A DNA stretch of 64,000 nt from Somniosus microcephalus. Lineage: Eukaryota. The stretch spans positions 226,858,001-226,922,000 of the forward strand of contig CM126203.1 of NCBI GenBank assembly GCA_052327205.1, in the 5' to 3' direction. A program made the translations under genes and the position numbers. Position 1 is the stretch's first letter; each line of letters starts with the position of its first letter. Positions 1-11,677 of the stretch are shown in pieces. The notes under the pieces are model-generated. The model was not told the origin of the DNA. It searched no databases and saw nothing but the letters and a program-made list of their open reading frames with translations.

Positions 1-693
1 CACTTTTAATGAGTTTAACTAGACCGTAACCTTCCGGATATTATGAGGGTCTGGAATACCCCCAGAATTCTGCAACTCCTCACAAAAGAGTGTACAGAAA
101 TTGAGTTCGTGAGTTGGACAATTCTAAAAATATATAGATTTATTTAAGAGCTGACATACAGTTAACAGCTTGTGAGTCAATCGCAACTTTAACAGTTCAA
201 AAACAAATAGCTTACATTTCTTATCCTCAGAGATCCTTATTCTCAAATCTTAACTTTGTACATTTTTACATTTCTTATTCTTAATTCTAATCCAGAATAT
301 CCACCAAAATCAAATTAAAAGTACCTTGATCCCGAGACTCAGAGTTAAAAACTTAGAGAGCATGCCTCTGAAGTTGAGAGAATTGCTTTGCCCCTTTCCA
401 GCCACTTCTGATGTCATTCTTATCGAAAGTCTTCCATTCAATTCTAAAACCACCTTAGCTGGTTACAACCACAGACTCCTGTCTTCGTGGTGTTCCAAGT
501 TCAATACAAAAACCATGTGATTGCTTGGTGCATCTATTGAAGTCATATATTCAAAGTGTTCTGTTGGTATCATATTTGCAACATGTAAATTAAAGACACT
601 TCAACTAGGGTGTTTGTTTTCCTAGCCATCTTAGTTGGTTATATTATATCGTGTTTCCTATTTCATTTGATGTTACTTTTACAAAGGCACATG

Positions 694-1399
694 GGCCTAG
701 AAATTCAGGCGCCAAGCTCGCCTGGGCGCCGGAAGTTCCGCCCCGGAAGGAGCCGATTGCGCCAGCGTGATATTCAGTTTCCGCACCCCAAATGGAAGTG
801 GGGCGCTGCTCGAGGCGCCCCGCGTCCCTCTTGGGGCGCTGAAACTGAATATCGCAGCACAACGTGCCGCAGCGCCACACGCTGCGGCACGGCACACTGC
901 GGTACTGCAGGCCTTCCTCCCCTTCTTAAAGGGGAGGGGCCTGCACCAGCGCGATCAGAGATCGTGAGTGCCGGCAAAAGAGCCCGGCACCAAGGAGAGG
1001 TGCCGGGCTCTTGGGACACAGCCAGCACTGCCCGGGGGGGGGTGCTGAGGAGGCCGGGGATGGTGGCACGAGGAGGTGCTGGCAGGCAGCCAGCAAAAAA
1101 AATGGCCGCCCCGCACCCCCCCTTTAATTAGCACCACTACCGCCGCAGGTTGGCCCCCCTGAACCGGTCGCAGATTGCGACCGGTGTTACAGCAGGGGGC
1201 GCGACCCAATATCGCGATTGGGGCGGTAGCGGGGCGCTGCTCACACCGATGACGTCATCGGTGGCGGTGCAGCACTATAGGCCAATGCCGCCATTAGCGC
1301 CCCGCTAAATTTTGCAGGGGGCGTGGCCAGTGGTGCTAAAGCCACTAAGTGCCCTCTTTCAGTGCTATCTGGTGGCGCAGCCCACCGAATTTCTAGGCC
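694..1399. mobile_element. GC/CpG-rich non-autonomous DNA transposon (MITE), PIF/Harbinger-like
   Basis: 13-bp perfect TIR GGCCTAGAAATTC (694-706) / GAATTTCTAGGCC (1387-1399); 3-bp TSD ATG (691-693, 1400-1402); no credible ORF; several internal hairpins. Confidence 0.85.
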
Positions 1400-2196
1400 A
1401 TGGTCTTTTAATATTCTGTGTTCCTGTTCGAAGTGTTAGTTTTTAACACTTTACTTGGGTCATTCCATTGTGTTTCTCCCAAACTCCAGACCTTCTGGAA
1501 GTGCCAAACTGCTATTTCAATAGGGCCATTGTTTTAGTATTTTTAACCAATTCCCATTTCAAAAGCTTGTGGTGTTTACAACTTTTGTGTTATCAAACCA
1601 TCCCATCTCAGAAGCCTGTTTGCACAGCTTGTGTCATTGAGACTTTAGATTTTTAAACCCAGTATATCATGTATTAATAAAATGAGAATTCTGTTCATAT
1701 GATGGTGTATTTTTCTGAACAGTCCCATCCCTTTTTATTATTCGTTTTATGGGATGTGGGCATCACTGGCAAGGCCAGCATTTAATGCCCATCCCTAATT
1801 GCCCTTGAGAAGGTGGTGGTGAGCCACCTTCTTGAACCGCTGCAGTCCATGTGGCGACGGTACTCCCACAGTGCTGTTAGGTAGGGAGTTCCAGTTTTTG
1901 ACCCAGCGACGATGAAGGATCGGCGATATACTTCCAAGTCAGGATAGTGTGTGACTTGGAGGGAAATTTGGAGGTGGTGGTGTTCCCATGCATCTGCTGC
2001 CCTGTCCTTCTAGGTGGAAGAGGTTGCGGGTTTCGGAGGTGTTGCCGAAGAAGCCTTGGCGAGTTGCTGCAGTGCATCTAGTAGATGGTACACACTGCAG
2101 CCACGGTACGCCGGTGGTGGAGGGAGTGAATGTTTAAGGTGGTAGATGGAGTGCCAATCAAACGGGCTGCTTTGTCCTGGATGGTGTCGAGCTTCT

Positions 2197-2442
2197 TGAT
2201 GCACTATCAACAACACCAAAGACTACGAGTTGAACTTATACGAAGTAGACTTTTATTGACTAAGAACTGGAGCATGCCTCTGCTAGTGGATCCATCCTAA
2301 GAGCTCCCGGGGGAAGGGTGGTGAGTCACCTTTATACCCAGGCTTAGGGGTGGAGCCAGGGGCGGAGACATGCCCAGACCTGTACAGAGTTAACAGTGGT
2401 TTACCACACAGACATGTACAGAGTTAGCAGTGGTTTACCACA
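2197..2442 (-). repeat. 3' LTR of Gypsy-1
   Basis: Direct repeat of 6311-6556. Confidence 0.95.
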
Positions 2443-2484
2443 TTCACCCCTCATTTAAAAAAGAGTCCGGCGGGGTGAAGTGTT

Positions 2485-5400
2485 TCAAAAGTTCGTATAC
2501 GAAAGTCTCTCCGGGGGTCTTGTCTGCCGTAACGATCTTCGTGGTGCCGGTTGCGGCGGTTCTTTGCCCGCGGCCGCTTCTCGCGTGGGACGGAGCACTG
2601 GCGTGTCGTCCTCTCGGGGTAGGGATGGCACCAGCATGTCGTCAGTTCGTGGTAGACACCCCGGTGGTGCGTCGTGGGTAGTGGTGGTGGGTGGAGGTAG
2701 TGGATGGTGATCGATGGTGTTTCGGGTGGTACCTGAGGGTGCGAGGTCTCGAATTGAGACTGTGTCCTCCCGCCCATCAGGATACGCCACGTAGGCGTAC
2801 TGTGGGTTGGCGTGGAGGAGGTGAACCTTTTCGACCAGGGGGTCCGTCTTATGGCTCCTCACGTGTTTCCTGAGCAGGACGGGTCCCGGAGACGTCAGCC
2901 ATGGCGGTAGTGATGTCCCCGAGGTGGATTTCCTGGGGAAGACGAACATCTTCTCGTGAGGGGTGGCGTTTGTGGCAGTACAGAGCAGTGATCGTATGGA
3001 GTGGAGCGCATCGGGGAGGACATCTTGCCAGCGGGAGATTGGGAGGCCCTTGGATTTTAGGGCGAGCATGGCGGTCTTCCACACCTTGCGTTCTCCCTCT
3101 CTACCTGTCCGTTACCCCGGGGGTTGTAGCTGGTAGTCCTGCTCGTGGCTATGCCCTTCTCGAGCAGGTACTGGCGCAGCTCGTCGCTCATGAACGACGA
3201 GCCCCTGTCGCTGTGGATGTAATTGGGGAAGCCAAATATGGCAAACAGGTCGTTGAGGCACCTAATGACTGTGGCGCTGGTCATGTCCGGGCAGGGGATG
3301 GCGAAGGGGAAACGGGAGTACTCGTCAATAATATTGAGGAAGTACGTGTTGTGGTCAGAGGAGGGAAGGGGCCCCTTGAAATCGACGCTGAGACGTTCGA
3401 AGGGGCGGGTGGCTTTAATCAGGTGTGCCCTGTCTGGCCTATAAAAATGCGGTTTGCATTCGGCGCAGACCTGGCAGTTCCTGGTCATGGTCCTGACCTC
3501 CTCGATGGAGTAAGGCAGGTTGCGAGCTTTAATAAAATGGAAGAACCTGGTGACCCCCGGGTGGCAGAGAGCATTGTGGAGGGTCCGTAGCCTATCGACT
3601 TGTGCGTTGGCACATGTCCCACGGGATAGGGCGTCTGGGGGCTCATTAAGTTTCCCGGGCCGGTATAAGATATCGTAGTTGTAGGTGGATAACTCGATCC
3701 TCCACCGCAATATCTTATCATTTTTGATTTTCCCCCTTTGTCTGTTGTTAAACATAAATGCTACTGACCGTTGGTCAGTGAGCAGGGTGAAACGTTTACC
3801 GGCCAGGTAATGCCTCCAGTGCCGTACAGCCTCCACTATCGCCTGGGCCTCCTTCTCGACTGAGGAGTGTCGAATTTCGGGGCCCTGGAGGGTCCATGAA
3901 AAGAAGGCCACGGGTCTCCCCGCCTGGTTAAGGGTTGCGGCTAGGGCGAAGTCGGATGCATCGCTCTCCACTTGGAAAGGGATGGACTCATCCACTGCGT
4001 GCATTGTGGCCTTCGCAATGTCCTCTTTTATGAGGGTGAAGGCCGCACGGGCCTCTGCCGTCAGGGGGAAGGAGGTTGACTTGATGTGGGGCCGGGCTTT
4101 GTCCGCATAGTTGGGCACCCACTGGGCGTAGTAAGAGAAGAACCCTAGGCATCTCTTCAGGGCTTTTAGGCAGTGGGGGAGGGGTAGTTCCAGGAGGGGG
4201 CGCATTCGGTCGGGGTCGGGGCCGATGACTCCGTTTTCCACCACGCAGCCAAGAATAGCGAGGTGCGTGGTGCGGAACATACATTTTTCTCTGTTGTATG
4301 TCAGATTCAGCCGTTGGGCCGTACGGAGGAATTTTTCTAGGTTGGCGTCGTGGTCATGCTGGTCATGGCCGCAGGTGGTGACGTTGTCTAGATAGGGGAA
4401 GGTGGCCTGCAGCGCGTTCTGGTCAACCATCCGGTCCATCTCCCTTTGGAAGACCGAGACCCCGTTGGTGACGCCGAAGGGGACTCAGAGGAAGTGGTAG
4501 AGGCGACCGTCAGCCTCGAAGGCCGTGTACTGGTGGTCCTCAGGCCTGATGGGGAGCTGGTGGTATGCCGACTTCAGATCAATCGTCGAGAATACCCGGT
4601 ATTGTGCTATCTGGTTGACCATGTCAGATATGCGGGGAAGTGGGTATGCGTCTAATTGCGTGTATCGATTGATCGTCTGGCTGTAATCAATAACCAGGCG
4701 CTGTTTTTCGCCGGTCTTCACTACCACCACTTGGGCTCGCCATGGGCTGGTGCTGCCCTCGATAATCCCTTCCCTCAGGAGTCTTTCTACTTCTGATTTA
4801 ATAAAGCTCCTATCCCCGGCACTGTACCGCCTGTTTTTAGTAGCAATTGGCTTGCAGTCTTTGGCGAGGTTAGCGAACAACGGGGGGGGGGGTTTGACCT
4901 TCAGGGTGGACAGGCTGCATACTTTGCGTGGCGCCGTGTTTAAATTCTGCCGGCTGCAGACTGTAAGTGGGGGCAGGGGCCCGCCATATGCCATCGTGAC
5001 GCTCTCCAGATGGCACTGGAAGTCTAATCCTAGCAGTACGGGAGCGCAGAGCTGTGGCAGGACGAGGAATTTAAAATCTCTGTACTCCACGCCGTTCACT
5101 GTCAGAGTTGCTACACAGTAGCCGCTGACGTCCGCCGTATGGGACTTTGAGGCCATAAAGACCTGGTGGCGTGTGGGCATAACCGATAGGGAGTAGCGTC
5201 GCACCGTGTTGGGGTGGATGAAGCTCTCCGTGCTTCCGCAGTCGAAAAGGCAATTTGTGGCATGGCCATTTACCTTTACGTTCATCATGGACCTGGCTAG
5301 TTGATGGGGCCTAGATTGGTCCAGGGTGATGGAGGCCATCGTCGAGGTCGGTGGGTCGCTGTAGTATTCGCCCGCGCCGGGGGCCTGGTCCCGAAATGGT

Positions 5401-6287
5401 GTCCAAGATGGCGGCTTCCCCGCGGCTGGTGGTGCCCAAAATGGCGGCCCGCACGGCTCACACGTGGTTGGTGGGGTCCAAAATGGCGGCCTGTACGGTT
5501 CACACACGGCGCTGCTGGAATTGGGGGTCGATTTCGCCCTGCACACTCTCGCGTAGTGGCCTTTCTTGCCGCATTTGGAGCAGGTCGCGTCCTTTGCTGG
5601 GCATTGCTGTCTGGGGTGCTTGGCCTGGCCGCAGAAGTAGCATTTCTGGCCTCTGGTCATTGCAGCTGTAGTTGGGCTGCTGGCGGCTTGTGGCCTTACC
5701 GGGTCCCAAGATGGCTGCTCCCGTGACATCCACGGGGCCATCCGGTCAGGGGGGTAGGCGTCCATGTTCTGGAGGGCCACATCTAACGAGTTAGCGAGGG
5801 CCACCGTCTTCTGCAGGTCGAGCCCCCTCTGTTCCAGCAGCCTCTGCCGTGTATAGTTGGACCTGATGCCGGCTACGTAGGCGTCTCGGATCAGGTCTTC
5901 CGTGCATTCCTTGGCCGTCACCGCTTTGCAATTACAGGCCCGGCCGAGGACTCTCAGTGCCAGTAAATATTCGGCGCCCGATTCCCCGGGGCGCTGTTTT
6001 CGGGTAGCCAGGAGGTGTCTGGCGTAGGCCTCGTTAATAGGCCTCACGTATTGTTCCTTTAGCGTCGCGATGGCGGCCGCGTAAGTTGTGGCGTCTCGGA
6101 TGATCGAGTAGACTCGGTGGCTCACCCGTGAGTTCAAGACAAGCCATTTCGCGTCATCTGTAGTGACGGTAGTGCTGGAGGCCTCCAGGAAGGCTTTGAA
6201 ACAGCTCAGCCAGTGTTCAAAGTTATTGGCTGCATCTGCTGCTTGAGGATCCAGGTCTAAACGTTCCGGCTTCAAGATTTGCTCCAT
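2485..6287 (-). pseudogene. Gypsy-1 gag-pol polyprotein, disrupted by one in-frame TGA (4485-4487) and one frameshift (~3085)
   Basis: ORF 4485-6287: two CCHC knuckles (CYFC..H..C, CSKCGKKGHYARVC), protease LFDCGS, RT N-terminus (SPW, IDY, YPLP, DLKSAYHQ). ORF 3057-4439 (same frame): YLDN, RNase H (SDASD, TDQ), integrase HHCC and D,D35E (VDFKGP, SDRG, NGQVER). ORF 2485-3084: integrase C-terminus. Confidence 0.93.
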
Positions 6288-6310
6288 GTCGAAAATTTAG
6301 TCAATAAAAT

Positions 6311-6556
6311 TGATGCACTAACAACAACACCAAAGACTACGAGTTGAACTTATACGAAGTAGGCTTTTATTGACTAAGAACTGGAGCATGCCTCTGCTAG
6401 TGGATCCATCCTAAGAGCTCCCGGGGGAAGGGTGGTGAGTCACCTTTATACCTGGGCTTAGGGGTGGAGCCAGGGGCGGAGACATGCCCGGACCTGTACA
6501 GAGTTAACAGTGGTTTACCACACAGACATGTACAGAGTTAGCAGTGGTTTACCACA
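6311..6556 (-). repeat. 5' LTR of Gypsy-1 (promoter: TATAAA at 6445-6450, AATAAA at 6366-6371 on the minus strand, GC boxes)
   Basis: Direct repeat of 2197-2442; gag ATG lies 23 nt downstream. Confidence 0.95.
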
Positions 6557-8921
6557 CTTCTTGAGTGTTGTTGGAGCTACACTCATCCAGGCAAGTGGAG
6601 AGTATTCCATCACACTCCTTACTTGTACCTTGTAGATGATAGAAAGGCTTTGGGGAGTCAGGAGGTGAGACACTCGCCACAGAATACCTAGCCTCTGACC
6701 TGCTCTTGTTGCCACAGTATTTATATGGCTGGTCCAGTTAAGTTTCAGGTCAATGGTCATCCCCAGGATGTTGATAGTGGGGGATTTGGCGATGGTAATG
6801 TCGTTGAATGTCAAGTGGAGGTGGTTAGACTCTCGCTTGTTGGAGATAGTCATTGCCTGGCACTTCTGTGGCACAAATGTTACCTGCCACTTATCAGCCC
6901 AAGCCTGAACGTCGTCCAGCTCTTGTTGCATGCGGGCATGGACTGCTTCATTAACTGAGGAGTTGTGAATGGCACCGAACACTGTGCAGTCATCAGCGAA
7001 CATCCCCATTTCTGACCTCATGTTGGAGGGAAGGTCATTGATGAAGCAGCTGAAGATGGTTGGGCCTAGGACACTGCTCTGAAGAACTCCCGCAGCGATG
7101 TCCTGGGGCTGTGATGATTGACCTCCAACCACCACAACCATCTTCCTTTGTGCTAGGTATGACTCCAGCCAGTGGAGCATTTCCCCCCCAATTCCCATTG
7201 ACTTCAGTTTTACTAGGGCTCCTTCATGCCACACTCGGTCAAATGGTGCCTTGATGTCAAGGGCAGTCACTCTCACTTCTCCTCTGGAATTCAGCTCCTT
7301 TCTCCATTTTTGGACCAAGGCTGCAATGAGGTCGGGAGCCGAGTGGTCTTGGCGGAACCCAAACTGGGCATCAGTGAGCAGGTTATTGGTGAGTAAGTGC
7401 CGCTTGATAGCACTGTCAATGACACCTTCCATCACTTTGCTGATGATTGAGAGTAGACTGATAGGGCGGTAATTGGCCCAATTGGATTTGTCCTGCTTTT
7501 TGTGGACAGGGCATACCTGGGCAGTTTTCCACATTGTCGGATAGATGCCAGTGTTGTACTAGAATAGATTGGCTAGAGGCGTGGCTAGTTCTGGAGCACA
7601 AGTCTTCAGCAGGATAACCGGGAGTTTGTCAGGGCCCATAACCTTTGCTGTATCCAGTGCGCTCAGCCGTTTCTTGATATCATGTGGAGTGAATCAAATT
7701 GGCTGAAGACTGGCTTCTGTTATGGTGGGGACCTCAGGAGGAGGCCAATATGGATCATCCGCTCGACATTTCTGGCTGAAGATAGTTGCAAACGCTTCAG
7801 CCTTGTCTTTTGAACTCACGTGCTGGGCTCCACCATCATTGAGGGTGGGGATATTCATGGAGCCTCCTCCTTTCGTTGGTTGTTTAATGGTCCACCACCA
7901 TTCACGACTGGATGTGGCAGGACTGCAGAGCTTTGATCTGATCCATTGTTTGTGTGATCGCTTAGCCCTGTCTCTAGCATGCTGCTTCCGCTTTTTAACA
8001 TGCATGTAGTCCTGTGTTGCAGCTTCCCCAGGTTGGCACCTCATTTTTAGGTATGCCTGGTGCTGCTGCTGACATGCTCTTCTACACTCCTTATTGAACC
8101 AGGGTTGATCCCCTGGCTTGATGGTAATGTTAGAGTGAGGGATATGCTGGGCCGTGAGGTTACAGATTGTGGTGGAATAGAATTCTGCTGCTGATGGCCC
8201 ACAGTGCCTCATGGATACCCAGTTTTGAGCTGCTAGATCTGTTCTGAATCTATCCCATTTAGCACGGTGGTAGTGCCACGCAACACGATGGAGGGTGTCC
8301 TCAGTGTGAAGACTGGACTTCGTCTCCACAATGACTGTGCGGTGGTCACTGCTACCAATGCTGTCATGGTCAGATGCATCTGTGACAGGTAGATTGGTGA
8401 GGACGAGGTCAAGTAGATTTTTCCCTCGTGTTGTTTTTCTCACCACTTGTCGCAGGCCCAGACTGGCAGCTATGTCCTTCAGGACTCAGCCAGCTCAGTC
8501 AGTAGTGGTGCTAACGAGTCACTGTTGGTGATGGACATTGAAGTCCCCCACCCAGAGTACATTCTGTGCCCTTGCTACTCTCAGTGCTTCTTCCAAGTGG
8601 TGTTCAACATGGCAGCATACTGATTCGTCAGCTGAGGGAGGGCAGTAGGTGGTAATTTTTCCATAATTTTAAACACTTTAGTCATATCCTCCTGAAATCG
8701 GCATTGTTCTAATAAAAAAAGACCCAATTTTTCAAGATTTTCTTCATATTTCTATTTCCTCATCTCACGATCAGCAAACTCAGTACAGACTGGAGGGATT
8801 TTCCAGATCTGTGATGTTCAGTATCACAAGTTGTGCATTCACCCACTGATCTATGTTTCTATCACTCTCATTGGAAAAAAAAATACAGTTCCTTTAGCAA
8901 AACTAACAGAAGGTATAGAAC

Positions 8922-9361
8922 AATGGCCCGGCATATCCCTCACTCTACCATTACCATCAAGCCAGGGACCAACCCTGGTTCAATGTGGAGTGTAGAAGAG
9001 TATACCAGGAGCAGCACCAGGCATCTTTAAAAATTAGGCGCCAACCTGGTGAAGCTACAACACAAGACTACATGCATGCTAAACAGCGGAAGCAGCATGC
9101 TATAGACAGAGCTAAGTGATCCCACAACCAACGGATCAGATCAAAGCTCTGCAGCACTGCCACATCCAGTCGTGAATGGCGGTGGACAATTAAACAAGAG
9201 GAGGAGGCTCCATGAACATCCCCATCCTGAGTGATGGCGGAACCCAGCAAGCGAGTGCAAAAGACAAGGTTGAAGCATTCGCAACCATCTTCAGCCAGAA
9301 GTGCTGAGTGGATGACCCATCTCGGCCTGCTCCTCAGGTCCCCACCATCACAGAAGCCAGT
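8922..9361 (+). mobile_element. Internal fragment of LINE-A, inverted relative to the neighbouring copy
   Basis: Reverse-complement similarity to ~7705-8155 (HIPHSTITIKPG.. region). Confidence 0.85.
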
Positions 9362-9499
9362 AATGATTGCCACCGGCTTTTTTCACTGCTTAAAGGGGAT
9401 GTTCATTGATACTGCATCATTCTCAGCATTGTTAGGTGTGCAGCTGCCTCAACAACCATAAGAAGAAGGACAAAGAGAAGGAGCACTTATTTACAAGTC

Positions 9500-10300
9500 C
9501 TGATGGCAGATCGCTGCCCCAGGGAGAGACCCTCGAGGTTTTTGGATGTAGATTTGGAGGCATTGGCTTTAGCGGTGGAGAGAAGGAGTGCGGTCCTATA
9601 CCCGCCACAAGTCTACCAGACTATGTGGAGGGAGGTGGCACACCATGTCACGGGAAGCACTGTGGAAGCACACAGGTCCCCAGGACCTACACCCAGTGTA
9701 GCAAGAAGTTTAATGACCTCACATGGGTGGTCAGGGTGAGTGAAGGCTTCAACAAGTGCTACATACCACAATCTGTACCACAAGCTTCACACACTGGTTA
9801 ATGCACCGCACCCCCAGCACTCACCCACCAACAATTGCTACCTAGCAACACGCACACCCACATCTCACAGCTATTCATTTATGGCAGGCACAATGGTCAT
9901 AAGTTATTAGTTTTCATGTCATATGTGTGATATGTTCATAGATAAATTTATTAAGTGTGTTTGGAACATTTTGTGGTCTCTCTCGTTTCACCTTTTTACC
10001 CAGGAGGATACTGTGATACGCCATGATACAGGGATTGTATGATGGGGATATGGTGAGCTACGGGGATCTGGGGTATCATTCATGTGAATCGGAGTCTGAT
10101 GAGCCGGTCACAGATGCCCATCCAGAAGGCCAATTGTCTTGCTACCTCCGACCTCCCTCCTCATCCTCTTCCTCCTCGTCCTCCTCCTCCTCGTCTTCTT
10201 CCTCCTCTGCCTTGTTGTCTTCCTGAGGTAATCCTACAGTCCCTCAGCCCCCATGACTGTGAGGAAATGTTGTGTGCTGAAGCCTTTAACAAATAATGAG
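9500..10300. pseudogene. Remnant of an autonomous-type Harbinger transposon: decayed Myb/SANT-like DNA-binding ORF (+, ~9503-9740) and possibly the start of a transposase (-, ~10140-10260)
   Basis: Translation RPSRFLDVDLEALALAVERRSAVLYP..WREVA and, after a frameshift, PRTYTQCSKKFNDL resemble the Myb/SANT-like partner protein of Harbinger elements; the transposase assignment is weak. Confidence 0.6.
10150..10210 (+). repeat. Degenerate (CCT)n/(TCC)n trinucleotide tract
   Basis: Directly visible. Confidence 0.85.
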
Positions 10301-11464
10301 TGACTTCTGCACTTGAATCAACACTCCCTGTCACCAAAAAAACTTGAAGTAACTAAGTAGAGCTGTTTCAGTTGCAGGAAGTAGCAAACAGGCACTGAAA
10401 CTGCAAAACCCTGTCAGGTACAGCTGACTGGGGATGGTGCCTTTAAATATCGCTGCTGCAGCCTGTTTCCTGCTGGTAGATGCCAGCTCTTCCTGTTGTT
10501 GTTCTGTGCTGCCATTAAGGTAAGTGGCTATAATGAAGTGAGGAGATTGGATGTCCAGTGAGCATTGTACACTCACTGACGTCACAATCTCCATGATGGC
10601 AAGGTCCCTGGCGATCGAGTTTACTGGCAGCGCTACCGGAAACACCGATATGGCATGCGGCGCTGGAACTGGCATTAGCTTTCGTTACAGCTGTCAATGG
10701 TGTTTTAGCACCATCTTGTGGCGCTAACATGTGGCGCAAATCACGTGAATAGCTCGCCCTATGCATCTGGTTGGGTGAGCACAAGATCAGCTGCCCTTGT
10801 TGCCGATGGTCTATATGAAGGATGGCCTGTCGGGTAAGACATTCATGGGCTACTACATACTGGCACTTGTAGAACTACATTGTCCCATATTCAGGTGAGG
10901 AAGAGATAAGTTGGGTGGGGAATCAAAGCTATTAAGTAGTTTAATTATAAGACTAAGATTCTGAGAATATTTTGACAAGAAAGGAGAGTGCGTTCATGAA
11001 ATATTGTTCTGCAAAACTATTTTGGGTGAAGGGAGAATAGCCATGCATTGTGTCTGTGCAAGAACAGCCTTGATGGGCCACGTGACTTTATCCTATTTCA
11101 ATCTTTCTTATGTTCTTTGTCATTATGTGGATGATATATTTGAAGATGATTTATGTTGTCACATTATGCATTATGTAAACAAATGAAAAAGGTTTGCTAA
11201 ACATTCTTCATGTAGATGGTGATGCTCAAAATGGGGTTGTTGACAGTTGACTATTTAATATGGTATTGAGATTCTACCACCAACAATCAGCCAAAGTACA
11301 TATATAAATGATTAAAAACAAATATAGAAGCAGTCCTGTCATCCCATTTTGACATCCACTTTAAATGTGTGTGGGATGAACAGAGTGGTTAAGTGTTTCA
11401 GCCAAATTGCAACCTGACACTATCTCCTCGACAGTGCGTGGAATATTAACAGATACAATAAGCT

Positions 11465-11677
11465 TGTAATATATGTACCTTTAAGGGGAGAACTACTTTT
11501 TACAGCTCCTGTATACTGTAGTACCGGCAGTGACCACACCTGTATATAAACCCTGAGTAGTGATCTGTACATTTAGTTCTAGAGTAACCCTCATTCAGTA
11601 AACACCTATTGAATCATTCCCTGCAGCCTGTTGTCTGGTTATTGAAGGACACAACATTAAGATACACGGACATAACA
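11465..11677 (+). repeat. 5' LTR of Gypsy-2
   Basis: Direct repeat of 23689-23901. Confidence 0.95.

Larger units (their letters stand above)
2197..6556 (-). mobile_element. Full-length Ty3/Gypsy LTR retrotransposon ('Gypsy-1', Mag-like)
   Basis: 246-bp TG..CA LTRs at 2197-2442 and 6311-6556 (about 5 mismatches by eye); 5-bp TSD CTTCT (2192-2196, 6557-6561); PPT GAGGGGTGAA adjacent to the 3' LTR; gag-PR-RT-RH-IN order. Confidence 0.96.
1732..8656 (-). mobile_element. 5'-truncated, decayed non-LTR retrotransposon ('LINE-A', APE+RT type, CR1/Jockey-related), split by Gypsy-1 at 2197-6556
   Basis: Endonuclease C-terminus and linker in ORF 7694-8446 (TRGKNLLDLVLTN, SDH); RT in ORF 6515-7534 (YRPISLLS, QFGFR, FDRVWH, LGPTIF, FADD); 3' end at 1732-2196; sequence is continuous across the CTTCT TSD when compared with the copy at 45.3-46.2 kb. 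Confidence 0.9.

Noticed and set aside
610-1131. 173-aa ORF
   Set aside because: Read-through into a GC-rich MITE; no protein features
1-1721. Possible long solo LTR split by the MITE
   Set aside because: Has LTR-like composition and a minus-strand AATAAA, but the left end is outside the window, so no TSD or termini can be verified
2901-3590. 229-aa antisense ORF in Gypsy-1
   Set aside because: Shadow ORF of GC-rich pol sequence
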